Counted from the first letter of the stretch, positions 9,424 through 17,366 are shown. The stretch: 64,000 nucleotides of DNA from an uncultured Verrucomicrobiae bacterium (GCA_963827815.1 CAWHCL010000002.1:37749-101748); one strand, 5' to 3'. A program made the numbers and translations. The notes: generated by a model from the sequence alone, not told the origin.

Positions 9424-9687
9424 TTAATGACCGCCGTGTCCGCCGCCGCCGCCATCAAAGCCTCCGCCGTGATGTCCCCCGCCAAATCCCCCGCCATCGT
9501 GGTGTCCATGATGTCCATGATGATGACCGGAGCCAGAATCATCAGGATTGCCACTTGAACCGGAATCACCGCCACCCCAAAACACGCCACCATCGAGTAA
9601 CGAGCTCTTCTTCCGGCGGAGGTAGATAAACAAAATCATTGCCCCAACGCAAAATAGGACGGTCAGTATTGCAACGGTCAATTCCAT
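9424..9687 (-). CDS. Small single-TM protein with Gly/His/Asp-rich tail
   Basis: MELTVAILTVLFCVGAMILFIYLRRKK is followed by GGGDSGSSGNPDDSGSGHHHGHHGHHDGGGFGGGHHGGGFDGGGGGHGGH. The ORF opens at 9735, but that ATG lies inside a repeated non-coding motif, so ATG 9687 is preferred. Confidence 0.5.
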   Translation of the reverse strand: MELTVAILTVLFCVGAMILFIYLRRKKSSLLDGGVFWGGGDSGSSGNPDDSGSGHHHGHHGHHDGGGFGGGHHGGGFDGGGGGHGGH

Positions 9688-9699
9688 GTGCTTTCGCCC

Positions 9700-9735
9700 G
9701 GCAGAATCCGCCTGCTGCCAGATCATGTCCAGCAT
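9700..9735 (-). repeat. Upstream motif family 1, copy 1 (GGCAGAATCCGCC..GCCAGATCATGTCCAGCAT)
   Basis: 31/36 identical to 29319-29354 and similar to 12570-12602. All three copies share one orientation and lie 5' of minus-strand genes. Confidence 0.8.
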
Positions 9736-9743
9736 TTTTGGAC

Positions 9744-9807
9744 TCGAATTGCACGAATTGTCACGGATTCCAATTCAATCAGTGTAAATCAGTGAAATTC
9801 GTGTCAC
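9744..9807. repeat. AATTCGYG-type tandem/inverted repeat locus
   Basis: ctcgaattgcacgaattgtcacggattc (reverse-type units) faces cagtgaaattcgtgtcac (forward-type unit). cacgaatt and aattcgtg can pair. Confidence 0.75.
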
Positions 9808-9872
9808 AGGTCTCTGCCGACGGCCACCAAACGCCATCGTTTTTACCATGACATACGATGAGACATCGCATC

Positions 9873-10475
9873 CTAATAATGAGACATAACACCACTTGAG
9901 GGTATGTCCGTTGGTGCCTGTTGTGCTTGAGTCAAATTAGTGCCGGGCGTGTGGTATGAACCAACCTTATTCGTGTTGATCCAAGTCAGCATTTGTATGG
10001 CTGTTTCCGGATCTTTCAAAAGCGGTAATACATTACTACTCGAAGCTGGAGGCTTGTTTGTGTCACTTGCAGTCGTCGTAGTGACACCGGCAAAAAGGAT
10101 GTTCTTAAAGGTGATGGTAATTGTGTTGGCGGTTTGCGATGTCTGGCTGCTTGAATGGCTGCCACTCACATTCGCACCCATATTTAGGCCTGTTGCAATC
10201 GGCGCTGAAACGGTCAATCCACTAGATTCAGTGCTGTAATCCGAATGGCTCACGCCCACATTCAGCGTGACAGTAACTGTATCTGGCAACAAGCCGGTGC
10301 TGACTCCTTGTTCGTTTGTCTTCATTTGATAAAACCCCCTGCCGATGGAGGCCATGGCGTCTTCCAGAGTGATACTGCCGCGTGAATTATTCGATTGAGA
10401 GCCTGTCATGCAGCATCCAGGCAGCAATGTTGTGATGAGCAGGGAAACCCCACACAATTCAATTATTTTTTTCAT
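9873..10475 (-). CDS. Hypothetical lipoprotein
   Basis: MKKIIELCGVSLLITTLLPGC has a lipobox. Ser/Thr-rich 200-aa product, AT-richer than neighbours. No family recognised. Confidence 0.65.
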   Translation of the reverse strand: MKKIIELCGVSLLITTLLPGCCMTGSQSNNSRGSITLEDAMASIGRGFYQMKTNEQGVSTGLLPDTVTVTLNVGVSHSDYSTESSGLTVSAPIATGLNMGANVSGSHSSSQTSQTANTITITFKNILFAGVTTTTASDTNKPPASSSNVLPLLKDPETAIQMLTWINTNKVGSYHTPGTNLTQAQQAPTDIPSSGVMSHY

Positions 10476-10589
10476 ATTGTTGTCTTTTTGAATTTATTTT
10501 GAGCCTCATCTTCCAGAAACAGCATGGCACTTTGGATCCCGGATTTTCCAACTGATAAGCCGAATACGCCCGCCGCGAAATTTTGGCAA

Positions 10590-10708
10590 GCATTTAATTA
10601 TGGCGTTGACCACCGTGCCATGAAATTGGGAGATGGAAGATGGGAGATGGAAGATGGCAAAAAATGCTGAAAAGCTGAAATCCTGAAAGCAGAAATGGAG
10701 ATGGGAGG
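10590..10708 (+). repeat. Composite repeat A: GCATTTAAT..CCGTGCCATGAAATTGG followed by a GGGAGATGGAAGAT purine microsatellite
   Basis: Shares GCATTTAAT and the 17-mer CCGTGCCATGAAATTGG with 12599-12717 in direct orientation. It continues as gggagatggaagatgggagatggaagatgg and ctgaaa-type repeats. Confidence 0.85.
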
Positions 10709-10721
10709 AACTACGTCCGGT

Positions 10722-12512
10722 TCACCGGTCCATGAGCAGCCATTCCTGCGGCCGGTTGGTGGCAATCAGCTCCAACCCGACGGTTGCCAAAAACTGGTTG
10801 TTGAATTCCAAATCGGTGGAGCGTCCGGTGACCCAGCGCGAAGGGACATCCCCAATCGTTTTGTCGTAGCGGTTGGTCGCCCCGGTTTCGTCAATCACGG
10901 GCTGGCCGAAATAATTCTCCAGTTCGCCGGTGAATTCGGGAATGGACTTGCTGCGGGCAAAATCCCGGGTGGCCTTGGATTGCAACAACTGCGGGTCTAT
11001 TGCGCGGAGCACCAGCACGTTGGTGTCCCGGGTTTCCAAATGCCACGCCAGTCCATACTGCTGCCGGAGAAATTGTTTCGCCGCCGATTGCAGGGCTTCC
11101 TTGGGCTGGTTGGTGACGGTCACAATCACGTCATAGCAATTGGTCCATTGGCCCTGGGTCCACGCCTCGGGAAATTCGGTGTGCGTATAATCCCTGCCGT
11201 AGGCGTCCGCCACGAGTTCGGAAAAGCTGATGCGCAGGTTCGCCAGCCGGCCATCAATCCAGCCGTAATGCATGCCCATGCCGTTCCTGGGATTGAAGGC
11301 ATAATGACTTTCCCGCACCACGAGCACCGGCGGCGCGGCCTTGAGCTGCGCGCGATATTTGTCGGAACGGCGGCGGTCGAGATTGAGCCAGAACACGTCG
11401 TCAACCGGTGTGGAAACAAAGGGTTTCTCCGCCGGCGCAAAGCTTTTATCCGGTGCGGGGCTTTTATGAAGCACAAGGAAGATTGCCGTTATCGCCAGCA
11501 ATAAAACCAGACCCGCCAGCGGCATCACCTTCAATTTGTTTTGTGTCAAAGGCTGGCCGGGGATGCCACGCGGGCTTGTCTCTTCCGCCGGCCTTTTGAG
11601 CAGCCAATGGATCAGACCCGCCACAATCAGCAGGTCCACCAGGATGGTGAAGATGGCGAACGGTGTCCGCACACCCACTCCATGCGTCACGGAAAACGGC
11701 GTGCTCACGGTGCCGCTGCGTTCGCCCGGACCGAAGGACACCCAATGGAAAACCGCCAGCAAGGCCAGAAGCATCGGCGCCATCGCAATCTTGGAATACA
11801 CCTTGTTCTCCAGCCGCATCAGCAGAAGCATCACCCCGGCTGACGCGAACATTCCGCCCACGGCATACATCAGCCAGCCCGGCTTGCCGCTGTCCGGCGG
11901 CACGAAGCACAGGCCAATTCCCACAAGCAGGAATATCACGCCCATCAGCACCGGCGGCTTGTCCATGGTCACGCGTCCGCCCGGCTGCATGGTGACGGAT
12001 GACGATTGCGGCGCGCCGGGCATTTGCGCCCGGATGGCGGCCCTGATGATTTGAAGGAACATGATGCCGAACAACGTGAATGCCGTTCCCACGCCCAGGC
12101 AAATCCAGGTGCCGCCGTGGATGCCCGTTTCCAGCACGGCGTCCGACGGGTTGCCCGGCAGGTAATGCACGGAAACTGTTTTGCCGACGGGATAACGGTT
12201 GAGGATTGCCCGCGCATATTCCGATGACGATGACATCTGACCGATGGAGATTTTGTCGCCCGTGTAACTCGTGCCCGTCACCTGATATGTGTAGGTGACT
12301 TCCGCCGAGTAAGTCGTGCCGCCTTTGCTTCCCTGATGGGATTTCATCTCCGCCGACTGGATGATGCCATCGGTCACCGGCCAATGTTCCGAGCGGATGC
12401 TTTTTGCGAGGGTCCAAATCCCGATGCCGACGGCGACAAGACCGATGACAACGAACAAGGAGCAAAAAAACTGAGCGAAAAGCTGTGCGCCTCGGCTGGA
12501 CATCTGGGCCAT
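10722..12512 (-). CDS. Membrane protein: N-terminal DUF3592 domain, polytopic middle, C-terminal TIGR03435-like domain
   Basis: DUF3592-like start: TM helix, WPVTDGII, YSAEVTYTYQVTGTSYTGDKI, VSVHYLPGNPSDAVL. Several TM helices follow. C-terminus has PVIDETGATNRYDKTI and ATVGLELIATNRPQEWLLMDR, resembling the TIGR03435 family. Confidence 0.8.
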   Translation of the reverse strand: MAQMSSRGAQLFAQFFCSLFVVIGLVAVGIGIWTLAKSIRSEHWPVTDGIIQSAEMKSHQGSKGGTTYSAEVTYTYQVTGTSYTGDKISIGQMSSSSEYARAILNRYPVGKTVSVHYLPGNPSDAVLETGIHGGTWICLGVGTAFTLFGIMFLQIIRAAIRAQMPGAPQSSSVTMQPGGRVTMDKPPVLMGVIFLLVGIGLCFVPPDSGKPGWLMYAVGGMFASAGVMLLLMRLENKVYSKIAMAPMLLALLAVFHWVSFGPGERSGTVSTPFSVTHGVGVRTPFAIFTILVDLLIVAGLIHWLLKRPAEETSPRGIPGQPLTQNKLKVMPLAGLVLLLAITAIFLVLHKSPAPDKSFAPAEKPFVSTPVDDVFWLNLDRRRSDKYRAQLKAAPPVLVVRESHYAFNPRNGMGMHYGWIDGRLANLRISFSELVADAYGRDYTHTEFPEAWTQGQWTNCYDVIVTVTNQPKEALQSAAKQFLRQQYGLAWHLETRDTNVLVLRAIDPQLLQSKATRDFARSKSIPEFTGELENYFGQPVIDETGATNRYDKTIGDVPSRWVTGRSTDLEFNNQFLATVGLELIATNRPQEWLLMDR

Positions 12513-12569
12513 GAATCGAGTCTAGTCGCAGGGGCCGCATTCCGGCCATTACATTTTGCGGCAATTTTT

Positions 12570-12602
12570 GGAATCCGTTTGCCGCCAGATCATGTCCGGC
12601 AT
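12570..12602 (-). repeat. Upstream motif family 1, copy 2
   Basis: ggaatccgtttgccgccagatcatgtccggcat lies 58-90 nt 5' of the DUF3592 gene start (12512). Confidence 0.75.
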
Positions 12603-12717
12603 TTAATGACCGCCATTTCCGCCGTGCCATGAAATTGGAAGATGGGAGATGGAAGTTGGGAGATGGAAGATGGGAGTTGGGAGTTGGGAGTTGGGAGATG
12701 AGAGTTTGGAGTTGGGT
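12599..12717 (+). repeat. Composite repeat B: GCATTTAATGACCGCC..CCGTGCCATGAAATTGG plus GGAAGATGGGAGAT / TTGGGAG microsatellite
   Basis: Direct repeat of 10590-10708. Its first ~40 nt also resemble the 3' end of the Gly/His-rich gene (9415-9450). Contains (TTGGGAG)x4. Confidence 0.85.
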
Positions 12718-12840
12718 GAAGCCATCCGGTTCATTTTGTTGATCCTGTCCAATCTGTGTCAAAAATACTGTGCAGAATTTTTCTTCAATTCGCGTAACCT
12801 TGAAGGCAAAAATGCGTCTGAATCCGCACAACAAGACCCC

Positions 12841-13617
12841 ATGACCTCACGAATCCTGTTTCTGCTCGCCGCCGTCGCCGCCATGATCGTCAATCCATCC
12901 GGTGCCGTGGCGGCGGATGCCGAAAAACCGCAGTATTACGAGGTGCGGATCTACGCCACCCAAACAGCCGAGCAACAGCAGCGGGTCAACGACTATTGGC
13001 AGAAGGCGGCGGTTCCCGCCTACAACCGCATGGGCATCCAGCCGGTCGGGGTCTTCACCGAGTTGCAGGATTCCGCGACGAACCACATTTATGTGCTCAT
13101 CCCGTGCGACTCACCGGAAGACTTCGCCGCCATCCCGGCCAGGCTCGCCGCCGACGCCGATTACCAGAAAGCCGCCGCCGAATTTTTGAACGCACCGAAA
13201 TCAAATCCGGCCTATATCCGTTTTGAAAGTTCGCTGCTCGTCGCTTTCGACGGCATGAAGCGGATGGTCCTGCCGGCGGCGGACAAGAAGCCAGATGTCT
13301 TTGAGCTGCGCACCTATTTGAGTTCCAGCGAGGGCAAGGGCTTGAATAAAATCAAGATGTTCGAGAGCGGTGAAATCCCGTTGATGAAGGAAGTCGGGCT
13401 GGCCCCGATCTTTTACGGACGGACGATTGCCGGGCTGAACATGCCCTGCCTGGTTTACATGACCTGTGGTGAAAGCCTGGACGCACACAAGCAACACTGG
13501 AAGGCATTCTCCGCGTCCCCCGTCTGGAAACAGTTGACGGGCGATCCGCAATACAAGAACAACGTGTCCCGCGTCATCAGCATCATGCTCAAGCGCACCG
13601 CCGCCTCGCAAATCTGA
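12841..13617 (+). CDS. NIPSNAP family protein (two NIPSNAP-like halves), secreted
   Basis: ORF 12649..13617 trimmed to ATG 12841, since upstream codons are microsatellite. Signal peptide MTSRILFLLAAVAAMIVNPSGAVA. YYEVRIYAT and VFELRTYLS start two repeat halves, with KAFSASPVWKQL in the second. Confidence 0.85.
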   Translation: MTSRILFLLAAVAAMIVNPSGAVAADAEKPQYYEVRIYATQTAEQQQRVNDYWQKAAVPAYNRMGIQPVGVFTELQDSATNHIYVLIPCDSPEDFAAIPARLAADADYQKAAAEFLNAPKSNPAYIRFESSLLVAFDGMKRMVLPAADKKPDVFELRTYLSSSEGKGLNKIKMFESGEIPLMKEVGLAPIFYGRTIAGLNMPCLVYMTCGESLDAHKQHWKAFSASPVWKQLTGDPQYKNNVSRVISIMLKRTAASQI

Positions 13618-13993
13618 AGGCTGCCTGCGATTTCCACCGCACAACCATCACCCGGCCGGCGACACCTCATCCGGCCATTTTCAAGAATCGCCCTTACCTC
13701 ACCCTGCATTTCCCTCACCCGGCTTCGCCACCCTCTCCCGTTCCCACGGGCGAGGGAATGTTTTGTGGGACGTTTTCCCAGGGTATTCGCTTCGCTCAAA
13801 CCCCGGGCTAATATCTTTCGCCCTTTCAGGGCTTCGCTTTGCATACTTTGCGTTTTATTGCGGCAATTGAATCCGTGTTAATCAGTGTCCATCCACCCTC
13901 CGCAGTCTTGCTACGCCCGTCCTCCGCAGTAGCCCTGCTACGGAGGATGGAGATGACGGGTCCGTGGTTGACAGCCCCTGCCATCAGCGCCGA

Positions 13994-14500
13994 TTAGCGG
14001 GCGCTGGTCACAACGTTTGGCGGAGGCATCGGTGCGAGCGCCGTGGCCACGGTATTGTTGGTAAAGTGGTAGGCCGGGCTAAAAATCATTTTCTGGTCGC
14101 CCACCATGAACCACAGGCTGATGGTGCCATGATCGCAATCCTTTGGTGTCGCCATGATTTCTATGTGCCGGACGATGCCATTCTTGGTGGAGGTGGAAGT
14201 GCCGGTGACGGCCACGATCTGGCCCCGATTGACCGCGGCCAGCACCTTGTCCGGAACGTTGATGGCCAGCCGGCCCCTGTCGCTTTTTAAGAAATACGGG
14301 AAGACCCTGACCTTGAAATCGCCGGCATAAACGCCGTTCGTGCGCGTGAGCGGGCTGATGATGAGAGTGGCCCAAGCCGTCGTCAGCGGCATGGTGCTGT
14401 TCTCGACGATGAGCACCCGGCTTGCGGAGTTGGTCTCCGTCGGGGCCGCCTGGGCCGCACACCAACTGGACGCCAGAAGCAGCAGAATGGGTTTAAGCAT
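13994..14500 (-). CDS. Hypothetical secreted protein
   Basis: Signal peptide MLKPILLLLASSWCAAQA on a 168-aa beta-rich product. No family recognised. Confidence 0.6.
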   Translation of the reverse strand: MLKPILLLLASSWCAAQAAPTETNSASRVLIVENSTMPLTTAWATLIISPLTRTNGVYAGDFKVRVFPYFLKSDRGRLAINVPDKVLAAVNRGQIVAVTGTSTSTKNGIVRHIEIMATPKDCDHGTISLWFMVGDQKMIFSPAYHFTNNTVATALAPMPPPNVVTSAR

Positions 14501-14733
14501 TGGCGGGCCAAGATAGTGCCGGGGGGGATTTCATCAAAGTGACATTTTGGTGGCGGTGCTTGCACACGGCCAGTCCTTCCGGACGGGCACCACTTGCGCA
14601 GGGCCACTCCTTGCGGAGGGCCACCTTTACGGAAGGGCCACCAAGGACAGTGCGGCGCGATGTCCCCACCTGTTTTGCCGGCCATGATGACCGGAGCCGC
14701 AACCATCGCCCCTGCCACAAAACCAAAAAATCG

Positions 14734-15523
14734 CTACACCAATGCCAATCGTTCCAAAGTGTTTCGCCGGAATTCCAAATCGGGCACGGGAATTTGTGGT
14801 CGTTCCGGGAATTCATCATAGGTACGGTCGTCCAATTCCCGGCCGGTCTCCTTTTTGCGGACGCCACCCCATTGCTTGAAAAAGAAGGCAACTTTGGCGC
14901 GGTGACATTGCGCGCGGATGTCCCGCACCCAGTCGGCTGCCATTGGCCGCGCGCCCGGCCCGCTTTCGCCGCCGACAATCACCCAATTGATGCCGTTCAA
15001 GTTGATCGGACCGAGAGTGTTCCAGTAGCGGTTCGATGGAAAGGAAACGGACTTGCGCAGGCGAATCGCGCAATAAATCAATGCGCGGCAATCCGTGCTG
15101 GCGATTTTCCACGCTCACACCCCACCAAATATGCGGCTGCTCCGCCGCGAACTTCAATTTGCCTTTCAATAGTTTCTGCATCCGTCCCGCGCGCTTGGTG
15201 AGAATCTGATAGGTGTGCCAGTTGGCGGCTTTCATCACGCGCGCCACCTTGACGATGTATTCATCCGGCACGCCGGGATGAAACAGGTCGCTCATGGAAT
15301 TGACGAAAATCCGTTGCGGGTTTGACCAGCGCAGCGGGTCGCCAAGTTTTTCCGGCACGAGTCGCAGGTCAAATCCCTGTTCAAACGGATGGCCGGGCAC
15401 GCCGCGAAAGCGTTCGGCAAACGTCTCGGCATAGCAATGCAGGCAGCCGGGGCTGATCTTGGTGCAGCCACGCACCGGATTCCACGTTGCATCCGTCCAT
15501 TCGATTTTTGAATTGGCGCTCAT
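14734..15523 (-). pseudogene. Phage Gp37/Gp68 family (DUF5131, three-Cys motif) gene interrupted by one frameshift
   Basis: N-terminal part is in ORF 14816..15565: [42 protein letters not shown]. The C-terminal part is in another frame, ORF 14734..15081: [35 protein letters not shown]. The frames join near 15012-15025. Confidence 0.85.
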
Positions 15524-15577
15524 CGGAAACAGTTTCTCACAAACGATAGGACAAAAGCTGTCCAAGGCGAATTATTT

Positions 15578-16381
15578 TCACAGCAACTCCCGCTGGCCGG
15601 TTTCGCTGATTTTCAATATTTTGTTCCAGAAATCCTCCGCTCGTGGATGCCGGCTGAACAATGTGAAGCGATATAACGGATTTTGTTCTGGAACAGAAAC
15701 GTGTTGTGTGCCGATGAACCTTTCGTCCTTTTGGAATTTATTACAGAAATATTCAACTGCTCGGCGGCCAAATTCACCGAAATCGCCTGTCTTCCATTCG
15801 CGCCAGCTTTGGTCGCCCAGAAAATTGTCGAGCGCCGTCTGGTTGCTTTTGGCATTCAGGTACTGCGGCAGATTGCGAACGATTCCAAGGCGATATTGAA
15901 TGGTAACGAGTAAATCTATTCTGATATTGCTTGCCAACTTTTTCATCGCCGACATCGGCACCTCCGAGATTCCAATCGGATCAACAAAAACAACGGCCAG
16001 CGTTGAATTGTTGAAATTCAACCGCCGGTCCTCTACGACCTTGATCCAGTTTTCGGTGAAGATTGTGACTTTTCCCGCCTTGGGATGGTTGGCGATTCGC
16101 TTTTTCAGAGCGTCTGCCAGCTCTGGGTTCTCCTCAATAAAAATGTATTCCGCAAAATCATGATTCAGCGCAACCAAAGGCGAGCCAGGAAACTCTTCGT
16201 TTGTTTTCTCAATTTTGCATCGGCCCGGCCCGGCCATGACATCCACATAAACCACCTTGAATTTATTCCGCATGGAGACGGTAGTGATGCCGCAATAATT
16301 GTTCAGATAGTGGTGCTTGCGTTCTGCCCATTCATGGCTTTTACGAACAAGGAATCCGTCGCTTGTAGAGAGATTGCCCAT
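15578..16381 (-). CDS. tcmP: Three-Cys-motif partner protein TcmP (methyltransferase-fold-like)
   Basis: HEWAERKHHYLNNY, VYVDVMAGPGRC and GSPLVAL fit the TcmP (TIGR04474) pattern as I remember it. It sits immediately upstream of the DUF5131 gene. ATG 16381 is preferred over TTG 16447, because 16392-16428 is a repeated non-coding motif. About 42% GC in a hand-counted 60-nt sample. Confidence 0.8.
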   Translation of the reverse strand: MGNLSTSDGFLVRKSHEWAERKHHYLNNYCGITTVSMRNKFKVVYVDVMAGPGRCKIEKTNEEFPGSPLVALNHDFAEYIFIEENPELADALKKRIANHPKAGKVTIFTENWIKVVEDRRLNFNNSTLAVVFVDPIGISEVPMSAMKKLASNIRIDLLVTIQYRLGIVRNLPQYLNAKSNQTALDNFLGDQSWREWKTGDFGEFGRRAVEYFCNKFQKDERFIGTQHVSVPEQNPLYRFTLFSRHPRAEDFWNKILKISETGQRELL

Positions 16382-16391
16382 GTGAATTATA

Positions 16392-16428
16392 GCTGGATAC
16401 GCCCAATTCCGAACCGAGTCGAGAAATA
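16392..16428 (-). repeat. Upstream motif family 2, copy (TATTTCTCGACTCGGT..GGGCGTATCCAGC on the minus strand)
   Basis: 30/37 identical to 22831-22867 and 27/37 to 28084-28120. Same orientation, 5' of minus-strand genes. Confidence 0.75.
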
Positions 16429-16459
16429 ATCCGGAAATTTCAATCAACCTTCACCAATT

Positions 16460-16570
16460 GGTAGAGCGCGTCACTTTCGCCTCTATTTTTACTTCGGCGC
16501 GACAAGCTGTACGCGCCATTCGGATTGCCGTCTGCAAAGACCGGCGGGCAGAGGACTGCCCCGCCCTACC
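16460..16570. repeat. GGTAG..CCTACC palindromic element, intergenic copy (subfamily 2)
   Basis: Ends are ggtagagcgcgtcactttcgcctc and ggcagaggactgccccgccctacc. The arms match the arms of the 56293-56368 element in swapped orientation. Internal hairpin ggcgggcag-agga-ctgccccgcc. The terminal CTA (16566-16568) is the TAG stop of the 16566..17366 gene. Confidence 0.8.
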
Positions 16571-17366
16571 TTTTAATCCCCACCTTGCCTGCCATGCCCT
16601 GAATCCGTTCTAATTGAACCGGGCGGCTTTTCACTTCATCAGCCCGGACTTTCCGGCGGTCATGGCCAGGATGCAGGGGGGCGCTGTCGCTTTTGCAGGA
16701 AATCAAATCAATCGTCGCCACCTCGGTGTCCGGCAGCGGATTGTCAATGGCAGTCACGGTAAAGCGCAAGGGATCATTTTTCCCAGGCGCGAACGTCCCG
16801 CCCTGCCAACCCACCTTGGAGCGTGCGGCGGTTGGCCCCCTGGCCGTCCGGCTGCGCTTGACGTTCCAGTCGAGGACATCCGCGCCATAGAGCACTTGAT
16901 TGGTCGCAGACGAACCGTCGGCATAATTGAACACCAGGTCGTAAACCGGCGTATTATTCGATGACGCGAAAAAAACGGCATGATAGACGTAGAGCGTCTG
17001 AAACTTCTGGTTCACGGCAATGTCCGTGTCGGATTCGGGGAGGGGCAATCCCCCTTTCGCGCTGCGGCCTCCCCAAAGGCAGATCAGTCCGTCCACATTG
17101 AAAGGCACATTATCATAGACCTGAAACCAGCGGGGCACCGACCGCCAAGCCAGCGTTTGTAGTGAATCAAACTGGTCCGCCGACGCCATGTATTTGTCGG
17201 ATATATCCACCGGCGTGACAATTTGTCTGGCAATGGCGCGTTCGCCACCGGCGAGGAGGAAATGCCGGGCAATGCGGTGCCGGCAGATAAACAGCGTGAC
17301 GACGACCGAGGCCAACAGCACCACGGTTCCCCAGGCAATCATCTTTTGGGTCTTTGTCCACGGCAT
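16566..17366 (-). CDS. Hypothetical membrane-anchored protein
   Basis: N-terminal TM helix IAWGTVVLLASVVVTLFI followed by a ~220-aa extracytoplasmic domain. No family recognised. Confidence 0.6.
   Translation of the reverse strand: MPWTKTQKMIAWGTVVLLASVVVTLFICRHRIARHFLLAGGERAIARQIVTPVDISDKYMASADQFDSLQTLAWRSVPRWFQVYDNVPFNVDGLICLWGGRSAKGGLPLPESDTDIAVNQKFQTLYVYHAVFFASSNNTPVYDLVFNYADGSSATNQVLYGADVLDWNVKRSRTARGPTAARSKVGWQGGTFAPGKNDPLRFTVTAIDNPLPDTEVATIDLISCKSDSAPLHPGHDRRKVRADEVKSRPVQLERIQGMAGKVGIKR

Noticed and set aside
9700-9735. Sigma-54 promoter look-alike (TGGCAG..) inside upstream motif family 1
   Set aside because: The TGGCAC-N5-TTGC spacing is not met: no TTGC follows at the right distance (CAGGCGGATT). 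No enhancer-binding protein is nearby.
12637-12717. Possible CRISPR array, given the regularly spaced short repeats
   Set aside because: The period is only 7-14 nt with no unique spacers and no cas genes. It is a purine microsatellite, not a CRISPR.
11464-12834. A 456-aa minus-strand ORF in an alternative frame of the DUF3592 gene, extending through the microsatellite
   Set aside because: Arg/His/Gly/Pro-rich composition, out of frame with a motif-supported CDS. Its N-terminus is simply translated repeat DNA.
13620-13990. A 370-nt non-coding stretch with several hairpin-like and low-complexity motifs (CCCTCTCCCGTTCCCACGGGCGAGGG, TCCATCC..CTACGGAGGATGGA, AATCCGTGTTAATCAGTGTCCATCC)
   Set aside because: It looks like a patchwork of degenerate lineage-typical intergenic repeats. 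I could not define discrete repeat units with second copies in this window, nor any ORF or structured RNA.
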